A stretch of DNA of 64,000 bases from Mobula hypostoma. Taxonomy: Eukaryota. Below are positions 27,028 to 41,932 of the stretch, in pieces (the stretch's first letter is position 1; every line of letters begins with the position of its first letter). The position numbers and the translations under genes were made by a program. The notes beneath the pieces are model-generated. The model was not told the DNA's origin. It ran no database searches and worked only from the letters and a program-made list of their open reading frames with translations. The stretch lies in the NCBI RefSeq assembly GCF_963921235.1, contig NC_086097.1, positions 211,608,001-211,672,000 on the forward strand, read 5' to 3'.

Positions 27028-30000
27028 GTTGTCGGGAGGTCTCTGGCACTGAGCCTGGCGCTGTTGTGCAGGAGGTAAGGAGGGAGAAGAGGAATGCGGT
27101 AGTCACAAGGGATTCCATAGTCAGGGGAATGGACAGGAGATTCTGTGAGCCTGACAGAGATACCCACATGGTGTGTTGCCTCCCAGGTGCCAGGGTACGG
27201 GATGTCTCAGATCAGGTCCTGAATATTCTAAAGGGGGAGGGTGAGCAGCCAGTTGTCTTGGTACATGTTGGTACCAATGACATAGATAGGAGAAGGGAGG
27301 AGGTCCTGAAGAGAGATTTCCAGGAGTTAGGAAGGAAGCTGAGAAGCAGGACCTCCAGGGTAGTAATCTCGGGATTGCTACCTGTGCCACGTGCTAGCGA
27401 GGCCAAGAATAGTAGGATCAGGCAGATGAATGCTTGGCTGAGAGACTGGTGCAGGGGGCAGGGCTTCAGATTCTTGGATAATTGGGATCTCTTCTGGGGG
27501 AAGTATGACCTGTTCAAAAAGGACAGGTTACACCTGAGCCCGAAGGGGACCAGTATCCTGGCAGGAAGGTTTAATAGAGCTGTTAGGGAGGGTTTAAACT
27601 AATTTGGCAGGGGGATGGGAATAGGAATGATAGAGCGGAGGAAGGGGAAAACAGAAATAAATCTAAGATAGTGAGCAGTAAAGATGTCAGGAAAGACAGC
27701 CAGGTGATGGGGCAAATGTGTAGCCATTGGGATGAGTTGCAGTGCAATAAAGTTGCAGTGAAATCAAAGCAAAAAGTATCAAATACTGGTCTTAAGGTGT
27801 TGTACTTAAATGCACGCAGCATAAGAAATAAGGTGGATGATCTTGTTGTACAGCTACAGATTGGCAGGTATGATATTGTGGCCATCACTGAGACATGGCT
27901 AAAGGATGCATGTCTCTGGGAGCCGAACGTCCAAGGATACACGGTGTATCGGAAGGATAGGAAGGTAGGCAGAGGGGGTGGCGTGGCTTTATTGGTAAGA
28001 AATGATATTAAATCTTTAGAAAGAGGTGACATAGGATCGGAAGGTACAGAATCTTTATGGGTTGTGCTAAGAAATCGCAGCAGTAAAAGGACCCTGATGG
28101 CAGTTATATACAGGCCTCCTAACAGCTGCAGTGATGTGGACTACAAATTACAACAGGAAATAGAAAAGGCTTGTCAGAAGGGCAGTGTTATGATAATTGT
28201 GGGGGATTTTAACATGCGAGTCGATTGGGGAAAATCAGGTCGGCACTGGATCTCAAGAGAGAGAATTTGTAGAATGTCTGCGAGATGTCTTTTTAGAACA
28301 GCTTGTTGTTGAGCCCACTAGGGGATCGGCTGTACTGGATTGGGTATTGTGTAATGAACCGGAGGTGATTAGAGAGATTGAGGTGAAGGAACCCTTAGGA
28401 GGCAGTGATCATAACATGATTGAGTTCACTGTGAAATTTGAGAAAGAAAAGCCGAAATCCGGTGTGGAGTAAAGGAAATTATAGTGGCATGAGACAGGAA
28501 CTGGCCAAAGTTGACTGGAAGGGGACGCTAGCGGGAAGGATGGCAGAGCAGCAGTGGCTGGAGTTTATGCGGAAGTGAGGAAGGTGCAAGACAGGTATAT
28601 TCCAAAAAAAAGGAAATTTTCGAATGGAAAAAGGATGCAACCGTGGCTCACAAGAAAAGTCAAAGCCAAAGTTAAAGCAAAAGAGAGGGCATACAAGGAA
28701 GCAAAAATTAGTGGGAAGATAGAGGATTGGGAAGTTTTTAAAAGCTTACAAAAGGAAACTAAGAAGGTCATTAAGAGGGAAAAGATTAATTATGAAAGGA
28801 AGCTAGCAAATAATATCAAAGAGGATACTAAAAGCTTTTTCAAGTATAAAAAGAGTAAAAGACAGGTGAGATATAGGACCGATACAAAATGATGCTAGAG
28901 AAATTGTAATGGGAGATAGCAGAGAAAGAGATGGCAGAGGAACTGAACATGTATTTTGTATCAGTCTTCACTGTGGAAGACATCAGCAGTATACCGGACA
29001 CTGTAGGGTGTCAGGGAAGAGAAGTGTGCGCAGTCACAATTATGACAGAGAAAGTACTCAGGAAGCTGAATAGTCTAAAGGTCGATAAATCTCCTGGACC
29101 AGATGGAATGCACCCTCGTGTTCTGAAGGAAGTAGCTGTGGAGATTGCGGAGGCATTAGCAATGATCTTTCAAAAGTTGATAGATTCTGGCATGGTTCCA
29201 GAGGACTGGAAGATTGCAAATGTCACTCCGCTATTTAAGAAAGGGGCAAGGAAGCAAAAAGGAAATTATAGACCTGTTAGCTTGACATCGGTGGTTGGGA
29301 AGTCATTGGAGTCGATTGTCAGGGATGAGGTTACGGAGTACCTGGAGGCATATGACAAGATAGGCAGAACTCAGCATGGATTCCTTAAAGGAAAATCCTG
29401 CCTGACAAACCTATTACAATTTTTTGAGGAAATTACCAGTAGGCTAGACAAGGGAGATGCAGTGGATGTTGTATATTTGGATTTTCAGAAGGCCTTTGAC
29501 AAGGTGCCACACGTGAGGCTGCTTAACAAGATAAGAGCCCATGGAATTACGGGAAAGTTACATACGTGGATAGAGCGTTGGCTGATTGGCAGGAAACAGA
29601 GAGTGGGAATAAAGGGATCCTATTCCGGTTTGGCTGCCGGTTACCAGTGGTGTTCCACAGGGATCCGTGTTGGGGCCGCTTCTTTTTATGTTGTACATCA
29701 GCGATTTGGATTATGGAATAGATGGCTTTGTGGCCAAGTTTGCTGATGATACAAAGATAGGCGGAGGGGCCGGTATTGCTGAGGAAACAGAGAGTCTGCA
29801 ATGAGACTTGGATAGATTGGAAGAATGGGCAAAGAAGTGGCAAATGAAATAGAATGTTGGAAAGTGTATGATTATGCACTTTGGCAGAAGAAATAAACAG
29901 GCAGACTATTATTTAAATGGGGAAAGAATTCAAAGTTCTGAGATGCAACGGGACTTGGGAGTCCTCGTACAGGATACCCTTAAAGTTAACCTCCAGGTTG

Positions 30001-30672
30001 AGTCGGTAGTGAAGAAGGCAATTGCAATGTTGGCATTCATTTCTAGAGGAATAGAGTATACGAGCAGGGATGTGATGTTGAGGCTCTATAAGGTGGTGGT
30101 GAGACCTCACTTGGAGTACTGTTGGCAGTCTTGGGCTCCTTATTTAAGAAAGGATGTGCTGACATTGGAGAGGGTACAGAGAAGATTCACTAGAATGATT
30201 CCGGGAATGAGAGGGTTAACATATGAGGAATGTTTGTCTGCTCTTGGACTGTATTCCTTGGAGTTTAGAAGAATGGGGGGGGGACCTCATAGAAACATTT
30301 CGAATGTTGAAAGGCATGGACAGGGTGGATGTGGCAAAGTTATTTCCCATGATGGGGGAGTCTAGTACAAGAGGGCATGACTCAAGGATTGAAGGGCACC
30401 CATTCAGAACAGAGATGCGAAGAAATTTTTTTAGCCAGGAGGTGGTGAATCTATGGAGTTTGTTGCCACGGGCGGCAGTGGAGGCCAAGTCATTGGGTGT
30501 ATTTAAGGCAGAGATTGATAGGTATCTGAGTAGCCAGGGCATCAAAGGTTATGGTGAGAAGGCGGGGGAGTGGGACTAAATGGGAGAATGGATCAGCTCA
30601 TGATAAAATGGTGGAGCAGACTCGATGGGCCGAATGGCCGACTTCTGCTCCTTTGTCTTCTGGTCTTATGGT
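27028..30672 (+). mobile_element. CR1 LINE with ORF1 SGNH esterase and frameshifted ORF2 (APE-RT)
   Basis: ORF 27066-27602 (RDSIVRG, VHVGTND, DRLHL); LYLNARSI, ITETWL, GDFN, SDH; RT motifs 28931-30365; GGTCTTATGGT tail. Confidence 0.96.
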
Positions 30673-31014
30673 GCTGCTGATGGGTTGTTCCTTATTATTG
30701 CATTGGATTCACATTCCTGGACCAATATTTTTGCTTTAAAATTCAGTGTGTTGTCATCTCCCAATAGATCACATTTTCAAACTTTAATTCAACTCCAGTG
30801 TCAGTATCAGTGGGGAAAAGTAATTTCCAAAATTTTGCTGCCTTGCTAGCAGTGCTGAAGGCTAGAGGAGAACACGTCAGAAAGCTGGTGGGCATAGCGT
30901 TCTCCTTATTAGCAGTTTTGCTGGTCCACAATTGATGCAAAATGGCTCTTACTGTCTTAATAAACTAAGCCCCTCCTTCAGGAATTTTAGATTTGCTGAA
31001 AATAACTCATGTTC

Positions 31015-31218
31015 TTAGTATTATTTATTTACTTTTTATTATTATTATTTGCTTTTTTGTAACTTGCACATTTGGTTACATGTCCGTCTTTGTAGTTTTC
31101 CATTGATTCTACTGTATTTCTTTGTTCTACTGTGAAAATCTGCAAGAAAATCAATCTCATGGTGGTATATGGTGACATATATGCACTTTGATAAATAAAT
31201 TTGCTTTGAACTTTGAAC
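31015..31218 (+). mobile_element. Rex1-type 3' UTR/tail fragment
   Basis: GCAAGAAAATCAATCTCA..GGT..ATAAAT..TTTGAACTTTGAA; same tail family as 35585-36045. Confidence 0.65.
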
Positions 31219-32564
31219 GTTGAATAAGGTTTTGGGTACAACATAGCTGGTGTATTGTCCTAAACATTATGCATTTGCACAGTTATTGACAGTTCCCTCA
31301 GTCATAAAACTAAATATCCAGAGATTGCACACATTTGGAGGAAAATCCTCAAATCGGAATGTCTGGAATAAGTCCAACAATTATACATACTGAGCGGATA
31401 TGATGCTTCACATTTTCTGACAAAATTTAAGGTGTTTACATTGAAGATTAAACAGAGGGCTGCAGGTATGGTGGGAATCGAGGCACCAGCATAATTCCTT
31501 TGTTGCTGTAGAAAGATGAAAAGGAAACAGCCTCTTGTATAGAGAGATGGAGGAGAACCTGTCGGGGGGCGCGGGGATAGATCACAAGCAATTTTAGTTC
31601 CCCTCCACTGACCACGTTTCATCTTTTAAATGCCTCAATTTCAATTGTTGTGAAATAGTCCTCAATAACCACAAATTTAAAGTTTTCAGCCCATTTCATA
31701 AACTATGCTCCAAATCTCAAATTTCCTGTCTGGTGGAGTTCAGACATGGAAGGACCCGTGTGTTACCTCATTCAATCAGAGCCACTCCAGTAACCTGCTA
31801 TCCAACAATTTGGAACTCCTGATGCTCCTTTCAGACTCCTTTTGGAGGTTCACCTCCTTACAGGCTCCCTGGAAAATTTACTTTTGATAACATCTAGTAG
31901 TGTGGAAAATCTGCTAGTTTGGCAGCACCAAATGGTATCCTAGTGTTACTGTTCTATCTGGCATACTGAGTGTAAGATCACGGAATACTACATGTGTCAG
32001 CATATTGGCAGTTTCTGTCAGTGCCTACTATGTGGTGGGTTCGTGTGTACAGTAACAGATAACACATGATAATGGCATCGATTGCAAAATTTGCTTTTTA
32101 TCTTTGATCCAAGCTGAAAGAACGGTGACCAGTCCCATGAAGTGCTTATGTCTATCATGTGAGCATCATATAGAGGTCAGCTGAGCCATATACCCATCCC
32201 CATCCTTTCCTCTCACATTCTTCATGTGATACTCTCATAATACTTCTGATGTTTTCTCATAATAGCAGCAGGGGTTTTATGCTGTCTAACATAAGCATAT
32301 AATGTTTGCAGTGTAGTTTGCTTTTAATATTAAATTTTGTCTGATTCTACTGCAATTGTAGCTACTGAAATAGAAATACAACATTCAGCAAATCATTATC
32401 TTTCTATGGGAACAACGTCATTGCATTAGCAATCTGCGTTAGCTTTATATATCATTTGTTTGACTGAGGTGATCCTATTCCTCACTCTGTCTCGGACAAG
32501 GATCTTTGTGTTAAACTATAGAAGGGCTTGGGCAGGCCAACTAGTAATCAAAATGTGGGTTTTA

Positions 32565-33390
32565 ATTTAGAGCCATAGAACACTACAGCTCAGAAAGAGA
32601 CCCTTTGGCCCATCTAGTCAGTGCAGAACTATTTATCTGCTTAGTCCCATTGGACCTGCATCTAGACCATCGCTTTCCACTCCCTCCCGTTCTTGTACCT
32701 ATCCAAATTTCTCTTAAATGGTGTAATCAAAGCCACATCCACCACTTGTTTGCTGTCAGCTTGTTCCATGCTCACACCGTCCTCTGATTGGCAGGTTCCC
32801 CCTCTTGTTCCCCTTAAATATTTCACTTTTCACCCTTAACCAAAGGCCTCTAGTTCTAGTCCCACCTAACCTCAGCAGAAAAAGCCTGCTTGATTTTACC
32901 CTATCTATACCCCTCATAATTTAGTGTTGCTGTATCAAATCTCCTCTCAGTTCTAGGGAATAAGGTCCTAAACTGTTAAAACTTTTCAGCAAAGTAACTC
33001 TGCTGCTTTGCCTCACTTCTGTAGACTCTGTGTCTGTCTGCCAAATAAATACAGATGCAAAAAAATCCATTTAATATCTTCCCCATCTCTTTCGGCTTCA
33101 TGCATAGATGACCACTCTGACCTTTCATAGGACCAATTTTGTCCCTTGCTATTCTTTTGCTGTTAATTTATCTGCAGAAGTCCTTGGGACCATACCTACC
33201 ATGTACCTTCCAATGCTAAGGTTTTCCTAAACCTGTTATCCTTGCCTGTTGTTCTGACAGGACCATACAAACTATGTTTTCTCAAAATTTCACTTTTGAA
33301 GGCTCCCACCCACCTTTGCCAGGAAGTAACGTGTCCCAATGCACATCTGACAAATCCATTCTGATACCATGTCAAAGTTCAGTCCTTGAA
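32565..33390 (-). mobile_element. Degraded, internally deleted CR1 fragment
   Basis: ATAGAACACTACAGC tail; CTATCTATACCCCTCATAATTT; antisense ORF2 remnants. Confidence 0.75.
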
Positions 33391-33974
33391 ATAGAATCAA
33401 TCAAAACCAAGGAATTGCAGTTCTCTTCTTTGAAAAGTAAACTACAGAAATGTTTTGGCCCGTCATGCTTGTGTCATTCTTGCCATCAATTCAGCAGGGG
33501 CATAGCTAGGCATCAGAAAATTGTTGGTCCAAGTCCCACTCTTAAAGATTTGAGTGCACAAGTAATCTAAGCTAGTGTTGTGTTGCTGAAGCAAAGGATT
33601 TTCACACTGTGCCAGGCACCTTGATATGTGGCCAATTATGCTGAAGTCCAGCCAGCCATGGTTGCCTGTACGTGCACATGTTGTCTATGAACAGTGGTTT
33701 GTCCTTAGGTGGAGGAGCTTGAGAGTCCTTGCCTGGGACTGCTTAATGCCCTTTTGTTGGCTAACTGGAGCCATTTGAGAACAAGTCATATTAAATAGGT
33801 AAACGTAGTAGTAATTATTTGCAAAAAAAAACTCGTAATTGCTGGTAAGTTGTTAAATAATTAAGTGAAAGTAAGGAAAAACACCTGCTCTTGCTCTTTG
33901 ACTCAGGCTGCATACTGATATAGAGCTGGAAGCTGTATTTGCAATGTACAGTACACATTTGTGCATTATTCCTG

Positions 33975-34315
33975 GATTCCAGCACCCAGGCCATGCCCTT
34001 TTCTCATTGTTACCATCAGGTAGGAGGTACAGAAGCCTGAAGGCACACACTCAGCGATTCAGGAACAACTTCTTCCCCTCTGCCAAGCGATTCCTAAATG
34101 GACATTGAACTCTTGGATACTACCTCACTTTTCCAATATATATACTATTTCTGTTTCCTACATGATTTTTAATCTATTTAACACACATATATAATTGATT
34201 TACCATACTTTATTATTATTAATTTTTTTTCTTCTATGTTATGTGTTGCATTGAACTGCTGCTGCTAAAAATTTCAGGACACATGCCGGTGATCATAAAC
34301 CTGATTCTGATTCAA
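33975..34315 (+). mobile_element. Rex1-type 3' fragment (same family as 54700-58128)
   Basis: ACCATCAGGTAGGAGGTACAGAAGCCTGAAGGCACACACTCAGCGATTCAG; CTGATTCTGATTC tail. Confidence 0.85.
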
Positions 34316-34499
34316 TGGCAAGTCCAAAATTGGATGGTGATATTGCTTCACCAGACTCTGAGTTCTGCCATCATCCTGACTTCCACCTTGTAGTGTTCAA
34401 ATGGTAAGTCAGGAATATCTGAACCTGCACAATGCAGTTAGCTGGCAGGTCACAGCTTCCAATTCAATAGATTAGGGTAGCAATTGGGACACTCTGTAA

Positions 34500-34750
34500 T
34501 CTCTGAACTAAAATAAACTGAGGCTCAGTTTTGAAGAACATTAGTGGAACTATCCCAAGCACGTTGGCCAATATTTATCTTGTATCCAAAATTACTGAAA
34601 CAAATCGTTTTGCTGCAATCACATTGCTGTTTATGGGAGCTTAGAGGGTGCAAATTAGCTGGCACAGATTCCTTCATTATATCAGTAGCTGCACATAAAG
34701 GTAGTATATTTGATTGATTTCTTTGGGGTTGTTAATACTAGTCTCACTTT
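34500..34750 (+). mobile_element. Deu-domain SINE remnant
   Basis: TTTGAAGAAC..TGGCCAATATTTATC..ATCACATTGCTGTTTATGGGAGCTT..GCAAATTAGCTG resembles the AmnSINE1/SacSINE1 body as recalled. Confidence 0.6.
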
Positions 34751-35584
34751 CAATTCTCTATTCTTAGCTCCTCAGACTAACTGTACTTGAAATCTACATC
34801 ATTCTTCATAAAATACCAGATCACATGAGGAAGAAACACAAATCTGTTTTGGATTAAGAGAGCCTGGATCGAGATCAGATCAGATTTGATTATTTATTTC
34901 CATACACTCCAATCTTTTTTTTGAAGATTGCAAAAAAGAAAGAAAGCTGGGTAAAAAATTGTTTATTCATGAGACTTGGAAAACAATGGAAAAACACAGT
35001 GTACTGCCAGACTGAAATCTAGTCTGTCCACTTCTGCTCACTTTTGAACCTCCCAAGTAACTACAAAAGATATTCCCTTATGATCATTTTCAATCTGCTC
35101 CCAACCCACACACAACCACAGTCACTCTGGCAATTGGCATTTTTCTCTGTATATTGCAATGGTTCTTGCAAAATACGAGGGAAAAGCAGTGTTTCTTACT
35201 CTCGTTTAAAATATATGTTCCTCATTGTACTGTAATTTTCCCCAGGGACTTGAAGTAGCTGGGGACCATTAGATGCTTTTTCATCAAGAAATTTGACTGG
35301 GCTATTATGCATGTTGCAGGCCTTATGCATACACAAATAATGTTCCTACAACTCCCTGGGCAGCAGAGAAACAAAACCACAGCCTTCGTTAGCAATATTT
35401 TGTTGTTGCTGACCTTAAACCTGTCAGTGGACTTTGAATTGCCATTTCAGTGTTTGCTAATTATCTCACTTCCTCACTCAAATTGCATTTTTGACTTTTA
35501 TCCATACCTGTGAAAATAGATGGTCAGTTACATCAGACCTTTCAGCGTTGAAAAGGACAAATACTCATGAACTTTGTGCCAGTC

Positions 35585-36045
35585 TTCAAATTTAAGCATA
35601 AATTTATTATCATACTCCGTAAATGTCACTATGTACGCACTACCCTGAGATTCATTTTCTTGCGGGCATTCACAATAAATGTAAAGAAACAATAGAACCA
35701 ATGCAAAACTGCACACAGGCAAGAGGAGCAAGCAACCAATGTTCAAAAGACAACAAATTGTGCAAATACAAAAAGAAAATAATAATAAATAAATATTAAG
35801 GAATGAGTTGTAGAGTCCTTGAAAGTGAGTCCATAGCTTGTGGAATCAGTTCAACATTGGGGTGAGTGAAGTGAAGTTATCCACACTGGTTCTTGAGCCT
35901 GGTGGTTGAAGGATAATAACTTGTTCCTGAAGCTGGGGGTGTGGGACCTTGGGCTCTTGTAACTTCTTCCTGATGACAGCAGTAAGGAGAGAGCATGGTC
36001 CTGATGGTGGGGTTCCTTGGTCTTGCGATGGACAGATGTGTATAA
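35585..36045 (-). mobile_element. Rex1-type 3' fragment
   Basis: Antisense CATCAGGAAGAAGTTACAAGAGC..TTCAGGAACAAG ORF end plus GAATCTCAGGGT tail. Confidence 0.75.
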
Positions 36046-36059
36046 ATTTCATATTTGAA

Positions 36060-37100
36060 ATAGTCATAGTCATACTTTATTGATCCCAGGGGAAATTGGT
36101 TTTTGTTACAGTTGCACCATAAATAATTAAATAGTAATAAAACCATAAATAGTAATATGTAAGTTATGCCAGGAAATAATTCCAGGACCAGCCTATCGGC
36201 TCAGGGTGTCTGACCCTCCAAGGGAGGAGTTGTAAAGTTTGATGGCCACAGGCAGGAATGACTTCCTATGACGCTCTGTGTTGCATCTTGGTGGAATGAG
36301 TCTCTGGCTGAATGTACTCCTGTGCCCAACCAGTACATTATGTAGTGGATGGGAGACATTGTCCAAGATGGCATGCAACTTGGACAGCATCCTCTTTTCA
36401 GACACCACCGTCAGAGAGTGCAGTTCCATCCCCACAACATCACTGGCCTTACGTTTGTTGATTCTGTTGGTGTCTGCTACCCTCAGCCTACTGCCCCAGC
36501 ACACAACAGCAAACATGATCGCACTGGCCACCACAGACTCGTAGAACATCCTCAGCATCAACCGGCAGATGTTAAAGGACCTCAGTCTCCTCAGGAAATA
36601 GAGACGGCTCTGACCCTTCTTGTAGACAGCCTCAGTGTTCTTTGACCAGTCCAGTTTATTGTCAATTCGTATCCCCAGGTATTTGTAATCCTCCACCATG
36701 TCCACCCTGACCCCCTGGATCGAAACAGGGCTCACCGGTGCCTTAGTTCTCCTCAGGTCTACCACCAGCTCCTTAGTCTTTTTCACATTAAGCTGCAGAT
36801 AGTTCTGCTTACACCATGTGACAAAGTTTCCTACCGTAGCCCTGTACTCAGCCTCATCTCCCTTGCTGATGCATCCAACTATAGCATAGTCATTAGAAAA
36901 CTTCTGAAGATGACAAGACTCTGTGCAGTCTGTGAACTCTCCAGGGTCTTCATGATGTGGGAGGTCAATGCCACCGGTCTGTAGTCATTGAGGCCCCTGG
37001 GACGCAGCGTCTTCGGCACAGGGATGAGGCAGGACGTCTTCCACAGCACAGGAACCCTCCGGAGCCTCAGGCTCAGGTTGAAGACATGGCGAAGTACTCC
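36060..37100 (-). mobile_element. Young Rex1/Babar-type LINE, 5'-truncated, RT core deleted
   Basis: WKTSCLIPVPK..NDYRPVALTSHIMKTLE joined directly to the CHLQKFS region near 36935; 197-aa C-terminal ORF 36193-36786; (ATGACT)n tail. Confidence 0.92.
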
Positions 37101-37650
37101 ATGGTTAGAAATGATGGTTAGAAACAGATGAAAATGGTTATTCCTTTGCACTTGGGTCCTTTGTAGAATTTGCAACCAACAATGCTCCAACACTGAATGA
37201 CGCAAAGCTAATGGTTCAGTGTGAACTTCACAGTTTCCAGATCTGCCTGTTGAGCTTGCAACAGGTCAGAGACACTTCCGTGACCTTATTAGAACAGCTA
37301 ATATACCTTTTAATTTTTTTTGTATGATAATTATGGTATTTTGAGATCCTTTTAAAAGGAAGTTTAATTTTTATTAGTCTGTGTTTGAGTGAGTATCAGG
37401 AACCATTACAAAAGTTCAAATTGTCAGAGTATTTCTGCCTAATTGGAAAGTGTTGTGCAGGACCTTGGCAACCAGATTTGAGTTGGTGTCCTTTTGGACA
37501 TGAGCACTGCAGAGCCCACATCGGGTGAGAGTGGGTTAATGATGAGTGTAACTGCTGACCACATTAGCCACAATACAGGACTACATGCTTTTTACTGTAC
37601 AGTAATAAAAACCTCTTATTGTCTATACCTAGCTCACATGCAAATGCACA

Positions 37651-37816
37651 GATGACTCCCGACTCCTCATCTTATTTTTTCTCCAGTCCTGATGAAGGGT
37701 CTCAGCCCGAAACGAGGACTGTACTCTTTTCCATAGACGCCACCTGGCCTGCTGAGTTCCTCCAGCGTTGTGTGTGTGTTGCTTGGATTTCCAGCATAGG
37801 CAGATTTTCTCTTGTT
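37651..37816 (+). mobile_element. PLE pseudo-LTR insertion with mutated hammerhead
   Basis: CAGTCCTGATGAAGGGTCTCAGCCCGAAACGAGGACTG at 37684-37721; flanks TGCAAATGCACA / TGTAAATGCACA form a probable TSD. Confidence 0.85.
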
Positions 37817-38509
37817 TGTAAATGCACAAACGAGCTGGGCTCTTTATATGTGAGCTAAAGAAGCTGAAGTGGAATGCCATTTTCTGGAAAATTAAAATAA
37901 GTGATATTAGTGTAAAGGCATGTATTTTGTGCTTTTGAAGAAGGATGAGTTAATTATGTCACTTTTGAAATAATTTGAAGATACAGAGTAACATTTTCCG
38001 TGATCATTAGTGTGACACATAATAATACTGCTTTCCTGCTCCTCGGGCACTTAACAGCTGCTTAACCTTAAAATGACGAGATTCAAGACTACCGAACGTG
38101 AATGTAATCGTGCAGAGCTCAGATTTACAAATTTAAACCAAACCAATTTGACACTCCTTATCCCAATTCAGTGTATACACATGTAGCAAATGTGCTTCAA
38201 TGTACCTTGAAAAGTAGGAACCCACCCTTTTTCCTTTATTCCCTGTGTTATTGTAGCCCATTATGGTGTTCACTGTTACCTTCAGAGATGTTGTGTCTAA
38301 TGAGTTGGTATAAAGTATTGGCGTTGGTATAAAGTGTTAAAATAATTGCTGGTCTAGGCAATAATATTAAAATGTCACCATTCACAAATCTGATTTGGGA
38401 TCAATCAGGACACTTTTAATGTTTATGCCTGTTTATTTGCTGGACTCCATTCCAGCTATTCAGGTTTTCTATATTTTTTTTTCATTAAGTTGCTGTCATA
38501 CTAACACAT

Positions 38510-38531
38510 GGTTCATTATTCTGTGTTTCAG
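38510..38531 (+). promoter_or_regulatory. FAM110B: Probable 3' splice acceptor of the FAM110B coding exon
   Basis: TTCATTATTCTGTGTTTCAG|ATC, 301 nt upstream of the ATG; FAM110B has one coding exon preceded by non-coding exons. Confidence 0.65.
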
Positions 38532-38685
38532 ATCACTGCCTGGAGTTGTGTATAAAAGAACAGACAAGTCTCCCACGTCTCTCAGTCAGCTTAAAAAATA
38601 GAATCAGCAGAGCAGATTAATACAGACTTGAGTCTAGTGGCCCTTTGTACAAAGACTGGCTTTAAAAAGAACATACTGTTATTTA

Positions 38686-38715
38686 ATGAGCTATAAGATG
38701 AAGCCCCGCTGGTGA
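38686..38715 (+). promoter_or_regulatory. uORF MSYKMKPRW*
   Basis: ATG AGC TAT AAG ATG AAG CCC CGC TGG TGA in the predicted leader. Confidence 0.55.
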
Positions 38716-38753
38716 TCCTCACAGCAAAAGACTTCCTCTGTCCAGTCTGCTTG

Positions 38754-39945
<1,192 letters not shown>

Positions 39946-40701
39946 AGAAAGGACACAAGTTATGATTGATTCAATTTTTTTTTGTATTTTTATTTTGTCT
40001 GTGAATCTTTTTAGTTGTGAAGTCTACTGGAACATTTGCAAATTTCAGTTCCACTGTGATGTTAATTGTGTATGTTCTCATTGCATGCTTATCGATCTAA
40101 ACTCAGAAGTGGCCTCTATTTCGAAACGTGACGACATGGAGATGGATGTTTCAACTCTATTAGATATGTAACTATATATGTGTCAGCCAGCCAGCACGAG
40201 GTACTATGTGTACATTTCAAACAATTATATGAGAACAAATGGCCTTGTTGCAGATTTTTCTATTCATAAATGTAATCTGGGTAGTAAAGGTCATTCGGTC
40301 TGTCTGAAACATTGCGATGGCAGTCACATTTAACTCTCCTCAATCCGGAAATGCATGTTACAGCCCATATAACCTCCAATGGTAGCTACTAGTCTATAAG
40401 GCTGTCCAGTTTAATGCAATGGCATGGTACAGCTCTAACAATCCATGTCTTCCAGAGCTGCTTCAACTGCCTTTCTCATTGTCTGCTGTAATGTGCTGAG
40501 AAGTGAAAAAGTACAGCGGGTGACCTCGTTAACTAGTTCATTGTTGCTTTTCAATATATTGCAGTGCTGCACTTCATTTCATAAAGAGACTGGTGGCTCA
40601 ACTGTTGGGAAACCAGATTTTTTTTTGTATTAAAAATGCTGTAAAGGTTTGTATATACTTCAAAGCTGTTATCAGATCTGTAAAGAAGAGACTGCTATAA
40701 T

Positions 40702-40707
40702 AATAAA
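40702..40707 (+). terminator. Candidate proximal polyadenylation signal
   Basis: AATAAA preceded by TGTA motifs and followed by a T-rich tract. Confidence 0.5.
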
Positions 40708-41926
40708 TAGTTTCCAGTTCATTCATCATTTTTCTCGATTTTAGCTTTTTTCCCCCATTCTTTGTTTTAGCTTTGATGTGATCATTTCAAAACAAAGTTT
40801 ACAAGTTGTGACTTTTGCTGTTCTTTTCCTCAATGAATGATTTAACATATACAGGCAAATGTGCAATGACAGCCGTTGTTACTTGGCAAAATGTCACATG
40901 ACCCTAGAATCATATTCTGCTCTTTGTAGTGATACTGGCCACCATAGTAATATCTCTTTAAAGGCTATTCTGAGGTTGTAGCCTTTTAAATCTTTTAGCA
41001 TTGTCCTATTAAGCAGAAAATCTTGATGCCAATTTGCAGCTGTTCTCTCATTGTTCAGGCTTTGAAGGCATGGGGTAGCAACCTTTAACCCATTTGCTAT
41101 ATTTTTGGAAATTCTATCTTTAAATTTTTTTTTAATTTAAAGGCCTTCACAAATCCTGTTCATGGGGTTATCTCCCCTGCATGTTGCTAAGCTCACAAAA
41201 AAAAAGATGATGCTGCACAAAGACTATTTCTCATTAGAGCTATAGTAATTTACAGAGAGAGCAGTGAAATGATTATGAATGAAGCATCATGGGAATGAAG
41301 GCAGCAACATTTGTCTTGTAATAATGTCTAAGTTAAACAGTGAATACTAGAAATCTAAAGTTAAAACCAAAATTGCAGGCCTTATCCAAATGATGTTTAG
41401 CCAGTGTTTAATGGTGAAAGACGGTGAACATCTCTGGAAAAACTGGTAAATGATCTCAACATGAAGCATTCAATTTATATTTTTAGATATTATTCAGTTG
41501 GGAGCCTTTGACAGTTTCTACAGACACAGTAACCTCACTTTCACTTTCAGATGCTGACTGGATGCCCAGTGTGCATTTTTTGTTTTTTTTTAATGTAGTA
41601 TTTTCATTGTGCTATTGTTCAAATAAGTCTGTATTGTTAGATTTGCCAGTTTGTTATCTTTCGTTCGTAAACCTTGTAACTTTTTGGCTTTTGTATTTGT
41701 CATAAAATATAATCAAATCTTTCCACTTGAAACTTGTAAAGCAAAAATTAATGACCATTTACCTGTGCACTCTTTTTTCTGGCTCTGTATTGTAATCTCT
41801 TTTTCTAAGCACAATTAAGTTTGCAGAATTTGGGACTGGTACCACTGACCACATCTCAACTGTGGAAAAACAAATTAATGGCTAACAATTGTAAGCTTGG
41901 TGCTTTCTTTTTACTAGCTTTTTAAT

Positions 41927-41932
41927 AATAAA
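41927..41932 (+). terminator. Candidate distal polyadenylation signal
   Basis: AATAAA followed by GT-rich TGTGTTTCTG. Confidence 0.45.

Noticed and set aside
31330..31960. Possible pogo/Tigger-like MITE ends
   Set aside because: Too degenerate to define paired TIRs or a TA duplication.
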